Part shown: positions 8,729 through 18,134 of the stretch, in pieces
Layout of the letters: the number at the start of each line of letters is the position of its first letter
How positions within the stretch are numbered: position 1 is the stretch's first letter
Source: Gemmatimonadales bacterium
GTDB taxonomy: Bacteria; Gemmatimonadota; Gemmatimonadetes; Gemmatimonadales; GWC2-71-9
NCBI GenBank assembly: GCA_036558345.1
Contig: DATBFV010000215.1
Location: 1 to 60,258 of the forward strand
DNA length: 60,258 nucleotides
Reading direction: 5' to 3'
The notes under the pieces: generated by a model
Seen by the model: only the letters and a program-made list of their open reading frames with translations
What the model was told of the DNA's origin: nothing
The model's database searches: none
Made by a program: the position numbers and the translations under genes

Positions 8729-9559
8729 CTACCGCAGCGAGCCCGGCGACAGCTGATACAGCAAGACCGCCGTACGGATGTCCCGGGAAGACAAGGCGCG
8801 CACTTTTGCCGTCGGATACATGATGTCGGTCGAATCGCTGGAGTGATCCAGACCCAGCACGTGCCCGGCTTCGTGGAGCGCAACCACACGGATGTCATCG
8901 GTCCCCAAGGGCCGGCTCTTGGGGTCGAAGGTGGCGAACGTCACGATCGCAGATTGGATCTCACCATTGTCATCCCATCGGACATCCGTTTGGCCGGTCC
9001 GCTCGATTTCGAACTGGATGCGCCAGCGGACGACGACCTCGGCTTGCTCCGAATCCGCTTCGAAATCGAAGCGGACCGGGACGCCGACGCTGGTCCAGGT
9101 GTCAAAGGCCCCGCGCACGGCCGCGATGAACGCCGGTTGGAAATTCGAGACAGTGGACGGCGCGATCCATACACGGATCGGCGAGCGCTCGCGATTGTCC
9201 CAGCGCCGCAACGTCGAATCGCTGCTCGCGACCATCTCAGCGAGGTAGGTGCCGGTGCCGCTCGCCCGAATGCGTCGCCGCGTCTCTGCTCGCGCGAGCA
9301 TTTCGATGTACGTGGGCTCGCGCGGCTCGGACGGCGTCTCGGTTCCTTCCGTCAAGGTCATGCCGGCCTGAGGCACGGGGACGGCGGCGGGGGGTGGCGC
9401 CGGGGGTGGGATCTGCGCCGGCGTACTGACCGCCATGGTGGGCGCGTGTGGCTGCACGGCGCGCCGAGGATGTTTGGGCCGAAACGCGTCCCAAAAGATC
9501 AAGATGATCATGAGCGCCGCTGCCGCAGCGATCATTCCCGTGAGCCGACGTTCCACCAT
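8729..9559 (-). CDS. membrane-anchored matrixin-like (M10) zinc metalloprotease
   Basis: HEAGHVLGLDHSSDSTDIMYP gives HExxHxxGxxH plus a Met-turn. N-terminal TM MIAAAAALMIILIF is followed by a Pro-rich linker. Confidence 0.8.
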   Translation of the reverse strand: MVERRLTGMIAAAAALMIILIFWDAFRPKHPRRAVQPHAPTMAVSTPAQIPPPAPPPAAVPVPQAGMTLTEGTETPSEPREPTYIEMLARAETRRRIRASGTGTYLAEMVASSDSTLRRWDNRERSPIRVWIAPSTVSNFQPAFIAAVRGAFDTWTSVGVPVRFDFEADSEQAEVVVRWRIQFEIERTGQTDVRWDDNGEIQSAIVTFATFDPKSRPLGTDDIRVVALHEAGHVLGLDHSSDSTDIMYPTAKVRALSSRDIRTAVLLYQLSPGSLR

Positions 9560-9652
9560 GCGCGCAATATGCGAAGATGCACTGCCGCGACGCTAGCTTT
9601 GCAATTCGCACATCTCTATGATTGTGGCCCGCATGTGCTTGGACCGTGATAG

Positions 9653-11929
9653 GTGATCGCGTTGCCCGCGAGGCAAATCGTCCGCTGGCGCGGCTGGGTC
9701 ATCGCTGCGTGGGCGATACTCGCACTCCTGTTTGTACCCAAGGCTACGCATGTCCAGCGCGTGCTCGCCGTGCGCGGCATGAACTTCGAGCGCAGCGAAT
9801 CGGCACGCGCGACGCAGTTGCTGCGCGATGAGTTTCAAAACCCGATCGCCGATTATGTGGCGATCGTCGTCCACGGCCCTGTCCGCTACACCAACCCCCG
9901 TTTTGTCACAGTGCTCGATTCGATTTCTGGGGCGCTCAAGCGACAGACGTATATCAGTCAGGTGGTATCGCTCCGCAGCATCGGCGAATCGACCTTCGTC
10001 ACCCCTGACCGCCGCACCACGTTTCTCATCGCCGCGCTGTCCCCCGCGAGCTACAAGGACGTCAGCCGCACGGTCGTGCCGGAGCTTCGCGAGACGGTGC
10101 GGAGCACGCTTCAGCGACTCGCCCGGGCCGACGGCTTCGACGTCAAGGTGACCGGCAACCCGGCCCTCGACTACGACGTCCGCACGATCAGCGCCGAGGA
10201 CACCCGCCGCGGCGAAGAGCGCGCCGTGCCGCTGACGCTGCTCGTGCTCGTGCTTGCGTTCGGTGCGCTCGTTGCGGCGACACTGCCGATCATCGTGGGC
10301 ATCCTCGCGATCACGATCGCGCTCGGCATCGTCGCCGTCGCGGCCCAGTTCCAGTCGATGTCGGTCTTCGTGCTGAACATCACGACCATGGTCGGCCTCG
10401 GCGTAGGAATCGATTACTCGTTGCTCATCGTGACGCGATTTCGCGAGGAATTGAATCGCGGCCTCTCGCCCGTGGATGCCGCGGTCCGCACGATTCAGAC
10501 CGCGGGATCGGCGATCGTGACATCGGGACTGACGGTGGTGGTCGGGTTCGCCGCTCTGATTCTGACCCCGCTGACCGAGACGCGCTCCGTCGGGCTTGGT
10601 GGACTGATTGTCGTCGGAGTGGCAGTCCTCCTCGCGACGACGCTCCTGCCTGGGCTCCTCGCGGTTCTCGGCCGCGACATCGACCGCCCGAAATGGCTCG
10701 CGCGCATGCTTGCGTGGATCCACACCCCGCAAGGGTGGGAGCGGTGGGCGCGCTCCCTCGGCCACCATCCCTGGCGCGCGATTCTGGGCGGCGGTCTCGT
10801 CGCGGCGCTCCTCACACTGCCCCTCACGCAGATCAAGATCGGGTTGCCGGTCCGCAACTGGTTCCCGCCGGAGACCGAATCGGGGCAGGCGCTGGAGGCC
10901 TTGCGGGAAATGGGCGCGAGTGGCGTCATCCAGCCGCTGCGTATGGTCGTCCACCTTCCCGCCGGAGAATCCGCGCTCTCGGGCCGTCGCTTGGGTGGAC
11001 TGAAGGCGCTGAGTGACTCGGTCGCCAAGGACCCGCGCGTGCGCGAGGTCCGCGGCGTAGCGACGCTGCGGCCGGGCCTGTCCACGCTGCAGCTCGCGAT
11101 GTTCTACGACGACCCCGATTCGGTCCGCGAGCGTTACCCGGAATTCTTCAACGCGTACCTCAGCAGAGACCAACGCACCACGCTCATGGACGTCATCGCG
11201 GTTGATACCGTGTCGCTGACCGGCATGATGGATCTCGCACGCCACGTCCGCAGCACCGTCGCGCGCAGCACGCGGTTACGCGGCGCCGAAATCGTCGTCG
11301 GCGGCTTCGCGGCGGCGAGTCTCGATCTCCAGGAAAACCTGCTGGCCCGCTTTCCCGGGATCGTGGCGATGATCCTCGGCGTCACGGCGATCATGTTGCT
11401 GATCGCGTTTCGCTCGGTGTTGGTACCGCTCAAGGCGGTGGTGCTCAACTGTGTGTCGGTGAGCGCTGCGTTCGGCATCACCGTCCTCGTGTTCCAGCAC
11501 GGCTACGGCTCGAGCTTGTTCGGCCTCCAGGGACCGACCGAGGCGATCTTCGTCATCGTGCCGGTCCTCGTGTTCGCAACCGTCTTCGGCCTGTCGATGG
11601 ATTACGAGGTGTTCCTGCTGACGCGCGTGAAGGAGGTGTTCGACAAGACGGGGCGGAATGACCATGCGACGATGGAAGGGCTCTCCACGACCGCGTCCAC
11701 GATCACGTTCGCCGCGCTGATCATGATCATCGTGTTCGGAAATTTTGCGTTCACGCGCGTCCTTGCCGTGCAGTTCATCGGATTCGGCCTGGCGATCGCC
11801 GTCCTGCTCGACGCCACGCTCATCCGCATGGTCCTCGTGCCGGCGATCATGCACATCGCCGGGCGGTGGAATTGGTGGCCGGGCGTCCGCGCACCGCGAC
11901 GTGAGACGGATGTCGAGGAGGCTACGTAG
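9653..11929 (+). CDS. MMPL/RND-superfamily membrane transporter
   Basis: 758 aa with two blocks of about 6 TM helices, each following a large loop. GIDYSLLIVTRFREE and GLSMDYEVFLLTRVKE are MMPL hallmarks. Confidence 0.85.
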   Translation: MIALPARQIVRWRGWVIAAWAILALLFVPKATHVQRVLAVRGMNFERSESARATQLLRDEFQNPIADYVAIVVHGPVRYTNPRFVTVLDSISGALKRQTYISQVVSLRSIGESTFVTPDRRTTFLIAALSPASYKDVSRTVVPELRETVRSTLQRLARADGFDVKVTGNPALDYDVRTISAEDTRRGEERAVPLTLLVLVLAFGALVAATLPIIVGILAITIALGIVAVAAQFQSMSVFVLNITTMVGLGVGIDYSLLIVTRFREELNRGLSPVDAAVRTIQTAGSAIVTSGLTVVVGFAALILTPLTETRSVGLGGLIVVGVAVLLATTLLPGLLAVLGRDIDRPKWLARMLAWIHTPQGWERWARSLGHHPWRAILGGGLVAALLTLPLTQIKIGLPVRNWFPPETESGQALEALREMGASGVIQPLRMVVHLPAGESALSGRRLGGLKALSDSVAKDPRVREVRGVATLRPGLSTLQLAMFYDDPDSVRERYPEFFNAYLSRDQRTTLMDVIAVDTVSLTGMMDLARHVRSTVARSTRLRGAEIVVGGFAAASLDLQENLLARFPGIVAMILGVTAIMLLIAFRSVLVPLKAVVLNCVSVSAAFGITVLVFQHGYGSSLFGLQGPTEAIFVIVPVLVFATVFGLSMDYEVFLLTRVKEVFDKTGRNDHATMEGLSTTASTITFAALIMIIVFGNFAFTRVLAVQFIGFGLAIAVLLDATLIRMVLVPAIMHIAGRWNWWPGVRAPRRETDVEEAT

Positions 11930-12158
11930 CGTCCAGAAGCTCGAGCTTCTCACCCCAGACATCCCAGTGCCATGCCTCCACGCGCACGCCGGTATCCGGG
12001 TCCTTCAGGGGCTTGTGCTGAAGCCAGCGCGGCTGGAAACCCAGGACGCGCCCTAGCGCGAGCAGCCTTTCCTTATCTGAGCTCACGAGGTGGACCATCG
12101 GCTCACCGTGGATCCTGTGCCGATGAAGCCAAACGCCGCCGTTCAGGGCGAAACGCAT
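11922..12158 (-). CDS. DUF4031-like small protein
   Basis: MVHLVSSDKERLLALGRVLGFQPRWLQ...HWDVWGEKLE resembles DUF4031. The start at ATG 12158 avoids overlap with the pilin gene. Confidence 0.55.
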   Translation of the reverse strand: MRFALNGGVWLHRHRIHGEPMVHLVSSDKERLLALGRVLGFQPRWLQHKPLKDPDTGVRVEAWHWDVWGEKLELLDAT

Positions 12159-12196
12159 CCCTTCCCGGCGGCGTCGAAACTCACGATATGGTGGCT

Positions 12197-12574
12197 CTAG
12201 GTGCAGGTGATCCTGCCCTCGATCGTCGCGGGAGCCAGTGCCGGCGCGTTGCCTTGGAAGAGCACGCACTGGCGCGGGGTCTGAGCGTGCACAGCCCTGG
12301 CCGACCAGCCGCCGGGGGAAGCCGTGACGATCGTCAGCGTCACACCCGTGGACGAGTTGAAGTTGTTCAGGGCAGCCAGGCTGCTCGTATAGAACGTGCT
12401 GTCATAGAAAAAGGCCTCTTCCGCCGTCGCCAGGTTCTTGAGGTCGGACTTCATCTGGGCGACGTAGGCCTTTTGCTTCGTGTTGGCGAACTTCGGAATA
12501 GCCATAGACGCCAGAATTCCGATGATCACCACCACAATCAAGAGTTCGATCAGCGTAAAGCCGCGTGATTTCAC
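12197..12574 (-). CDS. type IV pilin (prepilin-type N-terminal cleavage/methylation domain)
   Basis: MKSRGFTLIELLIVVVIIGILASMAIPKF is the class III signal, and a C-terminal Cys pair (QC...TC) is present. GTG start is preceded by GGAGGG. Confidence 0.9.
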   Translation of the reverse strand: MKSRGFTLIELLIVVVIIGILASMAIPKFANTKQKAYVAQMKSDLKNLATAEEAFFYDSTFYTSSLAALNNFNSSTGVTLTIVTASPGGWSARAVHAQTPRQCVLFQGNAPALAPATIEGRITCT

Positions 12575-12670
12575 TTATTTACCCTCCGGGCGCGAAAGGG
12601 CGTCGATCAAAGAGACCAGGAATCGACGACCTATTGTGGGCGCCTCGAGGGGTTCATGCAAGAGGCGTGC

Positions 12671-15520
12671 TTAACCCTTGGCATCGACCCAATTCTTTCC
12701 GACGCCGACAGTTACGACGAGCGGCACCCGTAGATTCGCCACCCCCTCCATCTCGCGTTTTGCAAGGTCTCCAGCGCGGGATACTTCAGGTTCCGCGACC
12801 TCAAACACCAGCTCGTCATGGACCTGCAGGAGCATCTTGGCATCCAACTTGGCCGCGCGCAGCGCGGCATGAATCCGGATCATCGCGATCTTGATCAGGT
12901 CCGCCGCCGAGCCCTGGAGCGGCGAATTCGTGGCGGTCCGCTCGCCGAAGGCGCGGATGCTGAAGTTGCGATCGCGCAGCTCGGGGATGTAGCGCCGCCG
13001 CCCGAACAGGGTCTCGACGAACCCCTTCTGGCGAGCCTCCTCGATGGTGCGATCGAGCCAGGCGCGCACGCCGGCGAAGCGCTCGAAGTACTGCTTGATG
13101 AATGCCTTTGCTTCTTCCAGGGTGATCCCGAGCTGGCGCGACAGCGCCAGGGCCCCCTGCCCGTAAATCGTTGCGAAGTTGATCGTTTTTGCCCTGGCGC
13201 GCATCTCACCCGTGACCTTTTCCTCCGGGACCCCAAAGATCACGGCCGCCGTCTGACGATGGATGTCGCCACCACGCTGGAAGGCGGCGACGAATGAGGG
13301 GTCTTCGGAGAAGTGCGCCAGGAGCCGCAGCTCGATCTGCGAGTAGTCGGCCGCCAGCAGCATCCGACCCGGCGGCGCGACAAACGCGCGGCGGATTTCG
13401 CCGCCGCGCTTGGTGCGTATGGGGATGTTCTGCAGGTTGGGATCCGATGACGAAAGCCGCCCGGTGGCGGCGCCGGTCTGATTGAAGCTGGTGTGGACGC
13501 GTCCATCCACGGCGCTGATGTAACCCGGCAACGCGTCCACGTAAGTCGATTTGAGCTTCGTCAGCTCGCGAAATTCGATGAGCAGGCGCGGGACTTCGTG
13601 GCCCAGTGCGGCAAGCTGCTCCAGCACTTCGACGTCTGTCGAGGCGCCGGTTTTGGTCCGTTTTTGCACGGGCAGCTTGAGACGCTCGAACAGGACGGTC
13701 CTGAGCTGCGGCGTCGAATTGATGTTGAACTCACCGCCCGCGGCCCGATAGATGTCGAGCTCCAGTTGCGTGAGCTCCTTATTGAACCCGCGAGACATCT
13801 CACCCAGCAAGGCGCGGTCTACGAGAATGCCCGAAGCTTCCATGTCGACGAGCACAGGAATGAGCGGGATCTCGATTTCGTCGAGCAGGCGTCCGAGATG
13901 GTGCGCCTCGATGTCGGCACGGAAGGCTTCTTCCAGGCGCAAAATCATCTCCGCCTGCGCAGCGGAGACGCGGGCCGCTTCAACCGGGGGCACCTGCGCA
14001 AATGTGCGCTCCGTGCTTCCCGCACCCTTTCCCTTCCCCAGGAGCTGCGCGGTCGTTGGGAGCTCGACCGAGAGATGCTCTCGCGCCAGGTCGTTGATGG
14101 CATGCGAGCGGTTCCCCGGATCGAGCACGAAGCTCGCGACCATGGAATCGTAGGCCGCGCCGGCGAAGGGAACGCCGGCGCGCGCGAGCGCAACCCACTC
14201 CGCCTTGATGTCGTGCCCCGCCTTGCGCACTGCGGGGTCGGCGAGCAAGGCACGGACCGGCGCGAGCGCGTCGCTGGTCAGCGGCGGCAGGTTCCTTGGC
14301 GGCGTCGCGTCGAACTCCCCTTCGCGGGCCTCGTGACCGAACGGCAGGTACCACGAGCGCCCAGGCGCGACGGCAAACGACAATCCCGCCAATCCGGGCT
14401 CTGTTCGCAGCGCAACGAGTCGCGCCGCGCGGAGCTCGTCGATCAATGCGGGAATGCCGGCCGGGTCGTCGATGATCTGCGGATCGGCGAGGAGCGGGAC
14501 GCGCGGTCCGGCCGGCGCAACCGCTCCCCCTCCCGTTCCCGTCGCTGGGCCCGGGGCCGCGGTTGAGGGCGTGACGACGGCGACGGTGGTCAACGCGTCG
14601 AGCTTCGGGATCAACGTGCGGAACTCGAGCTCGGTGAACAGCGCGGCGAGCGCATCGGTGTCGGGTGTGCGGACCCGCAGCTGGTCGAGATCGAGCTCGA
14701 TGGGCACGTCGCGCCGCAGCGTCACGAGCTGCCGCGAGAGCCGCGCGTTGTCGGCCTGCGCCAGAAGGGCTTCGCGCGGGCGCTTGCCGGAGATCTGGGC
14801 CGCATTCGCAAGGATCGCGTCGAGATCGCCGTAGGTCTCGAGTAGCTGCACCGCCGTCTTGTCACCGATTCCCTTGACGCCCGGAATGTTGTCGGAGCTG
14901 TCGCCGACCAGGGCGAGGTAGTCCACCACGCGCTGGGGCGGCACGCCGAGCCGCTCGCTCGCATTGGACTGATCGACCCACTGCTCTTCGACGGCGGCCT
15001 GGCCCCCGCGTCCGGGATTGAGCAGCGCGACACCCTCGCCGATCAGCTGGTAGAAGTCCTTGTCACCCGAGACGATGACGGCCTGGAGGCCACTGCCCGA
15101 CGCGCGCTGCGCCAGCGTTGCGACGACGTCGTCGGCTTCGTAGCCATTGAGGGCGATGACTGGAATGTGAAACGCATCGAGGATCTGGCAGACGCGCTCG
15201 AGCGAGCGGTCGAAGTCCTGCTGCAATTCTTCCCCGAGTTTTTCGCGCGTGGCTTTGTATTCGGGATACTGTTCCTGGCGGAAGGACACACCCCGATCGT
15301 GCACCCAGCCGATGTACTCCGGATGGTAATTCTCATACAGCCGCAGCAAGAAGTTCGTGATGCCCCACACCGCCGACGTATTCTCACCGCTCTTGGTGGT
15401 GAGCGGCCGCGCGATCATGGCGAAGAACGCCCGATAGATAAGGGCGTAGCCGTCCACCAGAAACACGTTCTGCTTCCCGGCGGAGGTGGCGGGGATCTTG
15501 GGCGCAGGGCGCGGCGGCAT
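12671..15520 (-). CDS. polA: DNA polymerase I
   Basis: 5' nuclease FLVDGYALIYRAFFA and GYEADDV. Polymerase motif A is DYSQIELR, motif B is RARAKTINFATIYG and motif C is QVHDELVFE. Confidence 0.97.
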   Translation of the reverse strand: MPPRPAPKIPATSAGKQNVFLVDGYALIYRAFFAMIARPLTTKSGENTSAVWGITNFLLRLYENYHPEYIGWVHDRGVSFRQEQYPEYKATREKLGEELQQDFDRSLERVCQILDAFHIPVIALNGYEADDVVATLAQRASGSGLQAVIVSGDKDFYQLIGEGVALLNPGRGGQAAVEEQWVDQSNASERLGVPPQRVVDYLALVGDSSDNIPGVKGIGDKTAVQLLETYGDLDAILANAAQISGKRPREALLAQADNARLSRQLVTLRRDVPIELDLDQLRVRTPDTDALAALFTELEFRTLIPKLDALTTVAVVTPSTAAPGPATGTGGGAVAPAGPRVPLLADPQIIDDPAGIPALIDELRAARLVALRTEPGLAGLSFAVAPGRSWYLPFGHEAREGEFDATPPRNLPPLTSDALAPVRALLADPAVRKAGHDIKAEWVALARAGVPFAGAAYDSMVASFVLDPGNRSHAINDLAREHLSVELPTTAQLLGKGKGAGSTERTFAQVPPVEAARVSAAQAEMILRLEEAFRADIEAHHLGRLLDEIEIPLIPVLVDMEASGILVDRALLGEMSRGFNKELTQLELDIYRAAGGEFNINSTPQLRTVLFERLKLPVQKRTKTGASTDVEVLEQLAALGHEVPRLLIEFRELTKLKSTYVDALPGYISAVDGRVHTSFNQTGAATGRLSSSDPNLQNIPIRTKRGGEIRRAFVAPPGRMLLAADYSQIELRLLAHFSEDPSFVAAFQRGGDIHRQTAAVIFGVPEEKVTGEMRARAKTINFATIYGQGALALSRQLGITLEEAKAFIKQYFERFAGVRAWLDRTIEEARQKGFVETLFGRRRYIPELRDRNFSIRAFGERTATNSPLQGSAADLIKIAMIRIHAALRAAKLDAKMLLQVHDELVFEVAEPEVSRAGDLAKREMEGVANLRVPLVVTVGVGKNWVDAKG

Positions 15521-15526
15521 AGGCGA

Positions 15527-15565
15527 GAAAACTAAACCCCGGGGCCAAGGGGGGCCCCGGGGTTT
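15527..15565 (-). terminator. intrinsic terminator downstream of the cold-shock gene
   Basis: Perfect 13-bp stem AAACCCCGGGGCC / GGCCCCGGGGTTT (15534-15546 and 15553-15565) with a 6-nt loop. On the minus strand it is followed by TTTAGTTTT. Confidence 0.75.
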
Positions 15566-15595
15566 CGAGCGACGGTCGGGTGAAGCGGGCGTGTG

Positions 15596-15796
15596 TTAGA
15601 CGCGCACGACGTTCGTGGCGTGGAGCCCTTTATCCCCCTGCTTCACTTCGAACTCCACGACCTGACCCTCCGCGAGCGTCTTGAAGCCATCCATCTGGAT
15701 TGCGGAGAAATGCACGAACACGTCTTCGCCGCCTTCCTGCTCAATGAAACCGTATCCCTTGGCGTCATTGAACCACTTCACCTTTCCCTTGATCAC
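15596..15796 (-). CDS. cold-shock protein (CspA family)
   Basis: [16 protein letters not shown] and DVFVHFSAI match RNP1/RNP2. 66 aa. GTG start is preceded by GGAGG, and a perfect TTGACA lies at 15875-15870 upstream. Confidence 0.95.
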   Translation of the reverse strand: MIKGKVKWFNDAKGYGFIEQEGGEDVFVHFSAIQMDGFKTLAEGQVVEFEVKQGDKGLHATNVVRV

Positions 15797-15884
15797 GATC
15801 CGCCTCCTGCAGAGTCTGTTCCTCAGCCCAACGTGGACGGGGCTAGAAAAGACCCGTCACGCAAGAGACTGTCAAGCGGGATTT

Positions 15885-18134
15885 CTACGGTTCGTACAAT
15901 GCGCGGTACAACTCGCGATTCCGCAACAGGCTGCGGACATATCCGCGCGTTTCTGGATACGGGATCAGTTCGATAAACCGGTCGGGGTCGTCGGCACCCG
16001 CTCGCTCGAGCCAGCGGCGCACAGGTGTGGGTCCCGCGTTGTAAGCGGCGACTGCTGCATCGACACGTCCAAAGCGTTTGAGCAATTCGGCGAGATGTGC
16101 GGCGCCGAGGTGGAGATTCAGGTCGGGCACGGTGATCCAGTCGGGATAGAACGTCACATCGAGCCCGCGCGCCAGCAGCGACGCTGTGCTGGGGAGCAGT
16201 TGGGCCAGCCCGCGCGCGCCCGCGGGCGACAGCGCTTCAACGTCGAACACGCTCTCCTGACGAACGAGGGCCGCGAGCAGCAGCGCATCGACGCCGAATT
16301 CCTGCGCCTCGGCCTCGACAGCGGCACGGTTTGGCCAGGGGAAAATCGCCCGCAGCACCCGCACGTCGCCCGGCGCGAGCAGCGCGGCCTGCCATGCGAG
16401 CCGCACGCCCGCAGAGCCGTAGCCTCGGCTCGCCAGCCCTTCACTCCAGGCGAGCAGCGATTCCAGGTCCTGCGGCGGCCGCGTGACTACGACGCGAACC
16501 TCAGTCTGTGCTTCGCTGTCGAGACCGGCGAGCAAGAGCGTGTCGATGCGTGCGAGGCCCGCGGCGATCGCCGGCGACGGTGTGGTCGGCGCAACGACCG
16601 TGGGAGTGGCGGGCGGCGTGAATTCCAGCGGACCGAGATTGGTCTCGCGCCGCGCGCGCATCCCGTAATAGCCGAGCGAGTCTTCGTGTGCGAGCGCCAC
16701 CCAGATCCGGCGTGCGCCGGCCGTGTCACCGCGCGCCTCGGCCATCTTGCCGAGCCAGAAGCGCGCGGCGGTGCGCTGCGGACCTAGTGCGTCGATTTCC
16801 GATTGATACAGAGCGGCGGCACTGTCTGGATCGCCAACGCTCTCGGCATGCGTCGCGAGCCGGAAGCGGGCGAGCGACGCTCGCGCATCGGCGGGGAAAC
16901 GCGTGATCAGCTCCGTGTACCAGCGGCCGGCCTGACCCCAGTCATTCCGCCCGTCGTACATATCGCCGAGGATGTACAGCGCGCCCGGTGCCGCTGAGTC
17001 GCTGGGATAGCGGTCGGCGAAGTCCGACAATGCGGAGCTTGCGCTCGAATCACCGAGTCGCACGAGCACGCGGGCGCGGCGGTACGTGGCGAGCGGCCGG
17101 GCGGCTGAGTCGCGCGCGGCCGCCGCATACGCCCGCACCGCGTCACGCAGGCGACCGGACCCGATCAGCAGCTCGCCATAGAACAGCAACGTGGCCGCAC
17201 TGGAGTCGCCGCCGCGCAGCGCATGCTCCACGTGAATGCGCGCGTCCCGCACCGTCGTGCGGCGGTTGAGGGCGCGCCCAAGGGCGACGTGCTCGTCCGG
17301 GGACTGCGGTGGCAGCGGGCCAATCGCCAAGCTCACCGCCGCAGCTGCGTCGTCACTCAGCGGATCGCGCGCGAGCAGCGTGTAGAGCAGCGCGCGTGCG
17401 CGCGCGGAGTCACCTGTCGCGAGCGCGAGCCGTGCCGCGTCGAGGCTCTTGCCAGCCGCGGCAAAAGCGGCGAGGGCGCGGGTCGTATCCGCGGCGAGCA
17501 GGAACGAACGCGCGCGCGCGACCGGCACGCCGCGCGACGCCGGTGCCGGTATCCCGTCGAGCAGCCGAGATACGAGCGCCGTGTCACGCGTAACCCGCGC
17601 CTGGCGCACGCGCAGCCAGGAGTCGATGCTGGCCAGCTTGCCGCCGGCCCGGGCCGCGACGAAGGCAACCGCCGCGCTGTCCGGCTGGCCGGCGGCGTCG
17701 AACGCAACGCCGGCGCGCACGGCGAGCAGCGGTGCGCGAGCGGCGGGTGCACGCGTTCCCGCCAGTCGGAAGTGGGCCGCCGCTTCCGTGAATCGGCCGA
17801 GACCGAATTCCGCCTGTCCCAGGACGGCGAGCGCCTCACCGTCGGCGTAGTCGGACAACCAGGGCTGACCCACGAGGAGAGTCCGCGCGTGTTCGAAGCG
17901 GCGCGCATGAACCTCTGCCTTGGCGCCTTCGACGATGAGAAACGCGTTCGGATTCGGGTCGCGACGCGCGGCGGCCAGTAGGGTTTCGGCCGCATGCCAG
18001 GGCCGGCCGGAGAGCCGGAGCGAATCGGCGCGATAGGCGGCGGTGTGGTCAGGCTGCGCGGCCGCCTGCGCACACAACCGGGCGGCCGTCGCAGCAACTA
18101 GTGCCGTTCCCGCCAGCGCGATCCGGCGTTTCAC
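15885..18134 (-). CDS. soluble lytic murein transglycosylase (Slt70-like, helical repeat N-domain)
   Basis: The C-terminal catalytic block is LVRQESVFDVEALSPAGARGLAQLLPSTA...AAYNAGP. It has a long Ala/Arg-rich helical-repeat N-terminus and a signal peptide. Confidence 0.85.
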   Translation of the reverse strand: MKRRIALAGTALVAATAARLCAQAAAQPDHTAAYRADSLRLSGRPWHAAETLLAAARRDPNPNAFLIVEGAKAEVHARRFEHARTLLVGQPWLSDYADGEALAVLGQAEFGLGRFTEAAAHFRLAGTRAPAARAPLLAVRAGVAFDAAGQPDSAAVAFVAARAGGKLASIDSWLRVRQARVTRDTALVSRLLDGIPAPASRGVPVARARSFLLAADTTRALAAFAAAGKSLDAARLALATGDSARARALLYTLLARDPLSDDAAAAVSLAIGPLPPQSPDEHVALGRALNRRTTVRDARIHVEHALRGGDSSAATLLFYGELLIGSGRLRDAVRAYAAAARDSAARPLATYRRARVLVRLGDSSASSALSDFADRYPSDSAAPGALYILGDMYDGRNDWGQAGRWYTELITRFPADARASLARFRLATHAESVGDPDSAAALYQSEIDALGPQRTAARFWLGKMAEARGDTAGARRIWVALAHEDSLGYYGMRARRETNLGPLEFTPPATPTVVAPTTPSPAIAAGLARIDTLLLAGLDSEAQTEVRVVVTRPPQDLESLLAWSEGLASRGYGSAGVRLAWQAALLAPGDVRVLRAIFPWPNRAAVEAEAQEFGVDALLLAALVRQESVFDVEALSPAGARGLAQLLPSTASLLARGLDVTFYPDWITVPDLNLHLGAAHLAELLKRFGRVDAAVAAYNAGPTPVRRWLERAGADDPDRFIELIPYPETRGYVRSLLRNRELYRALYEP

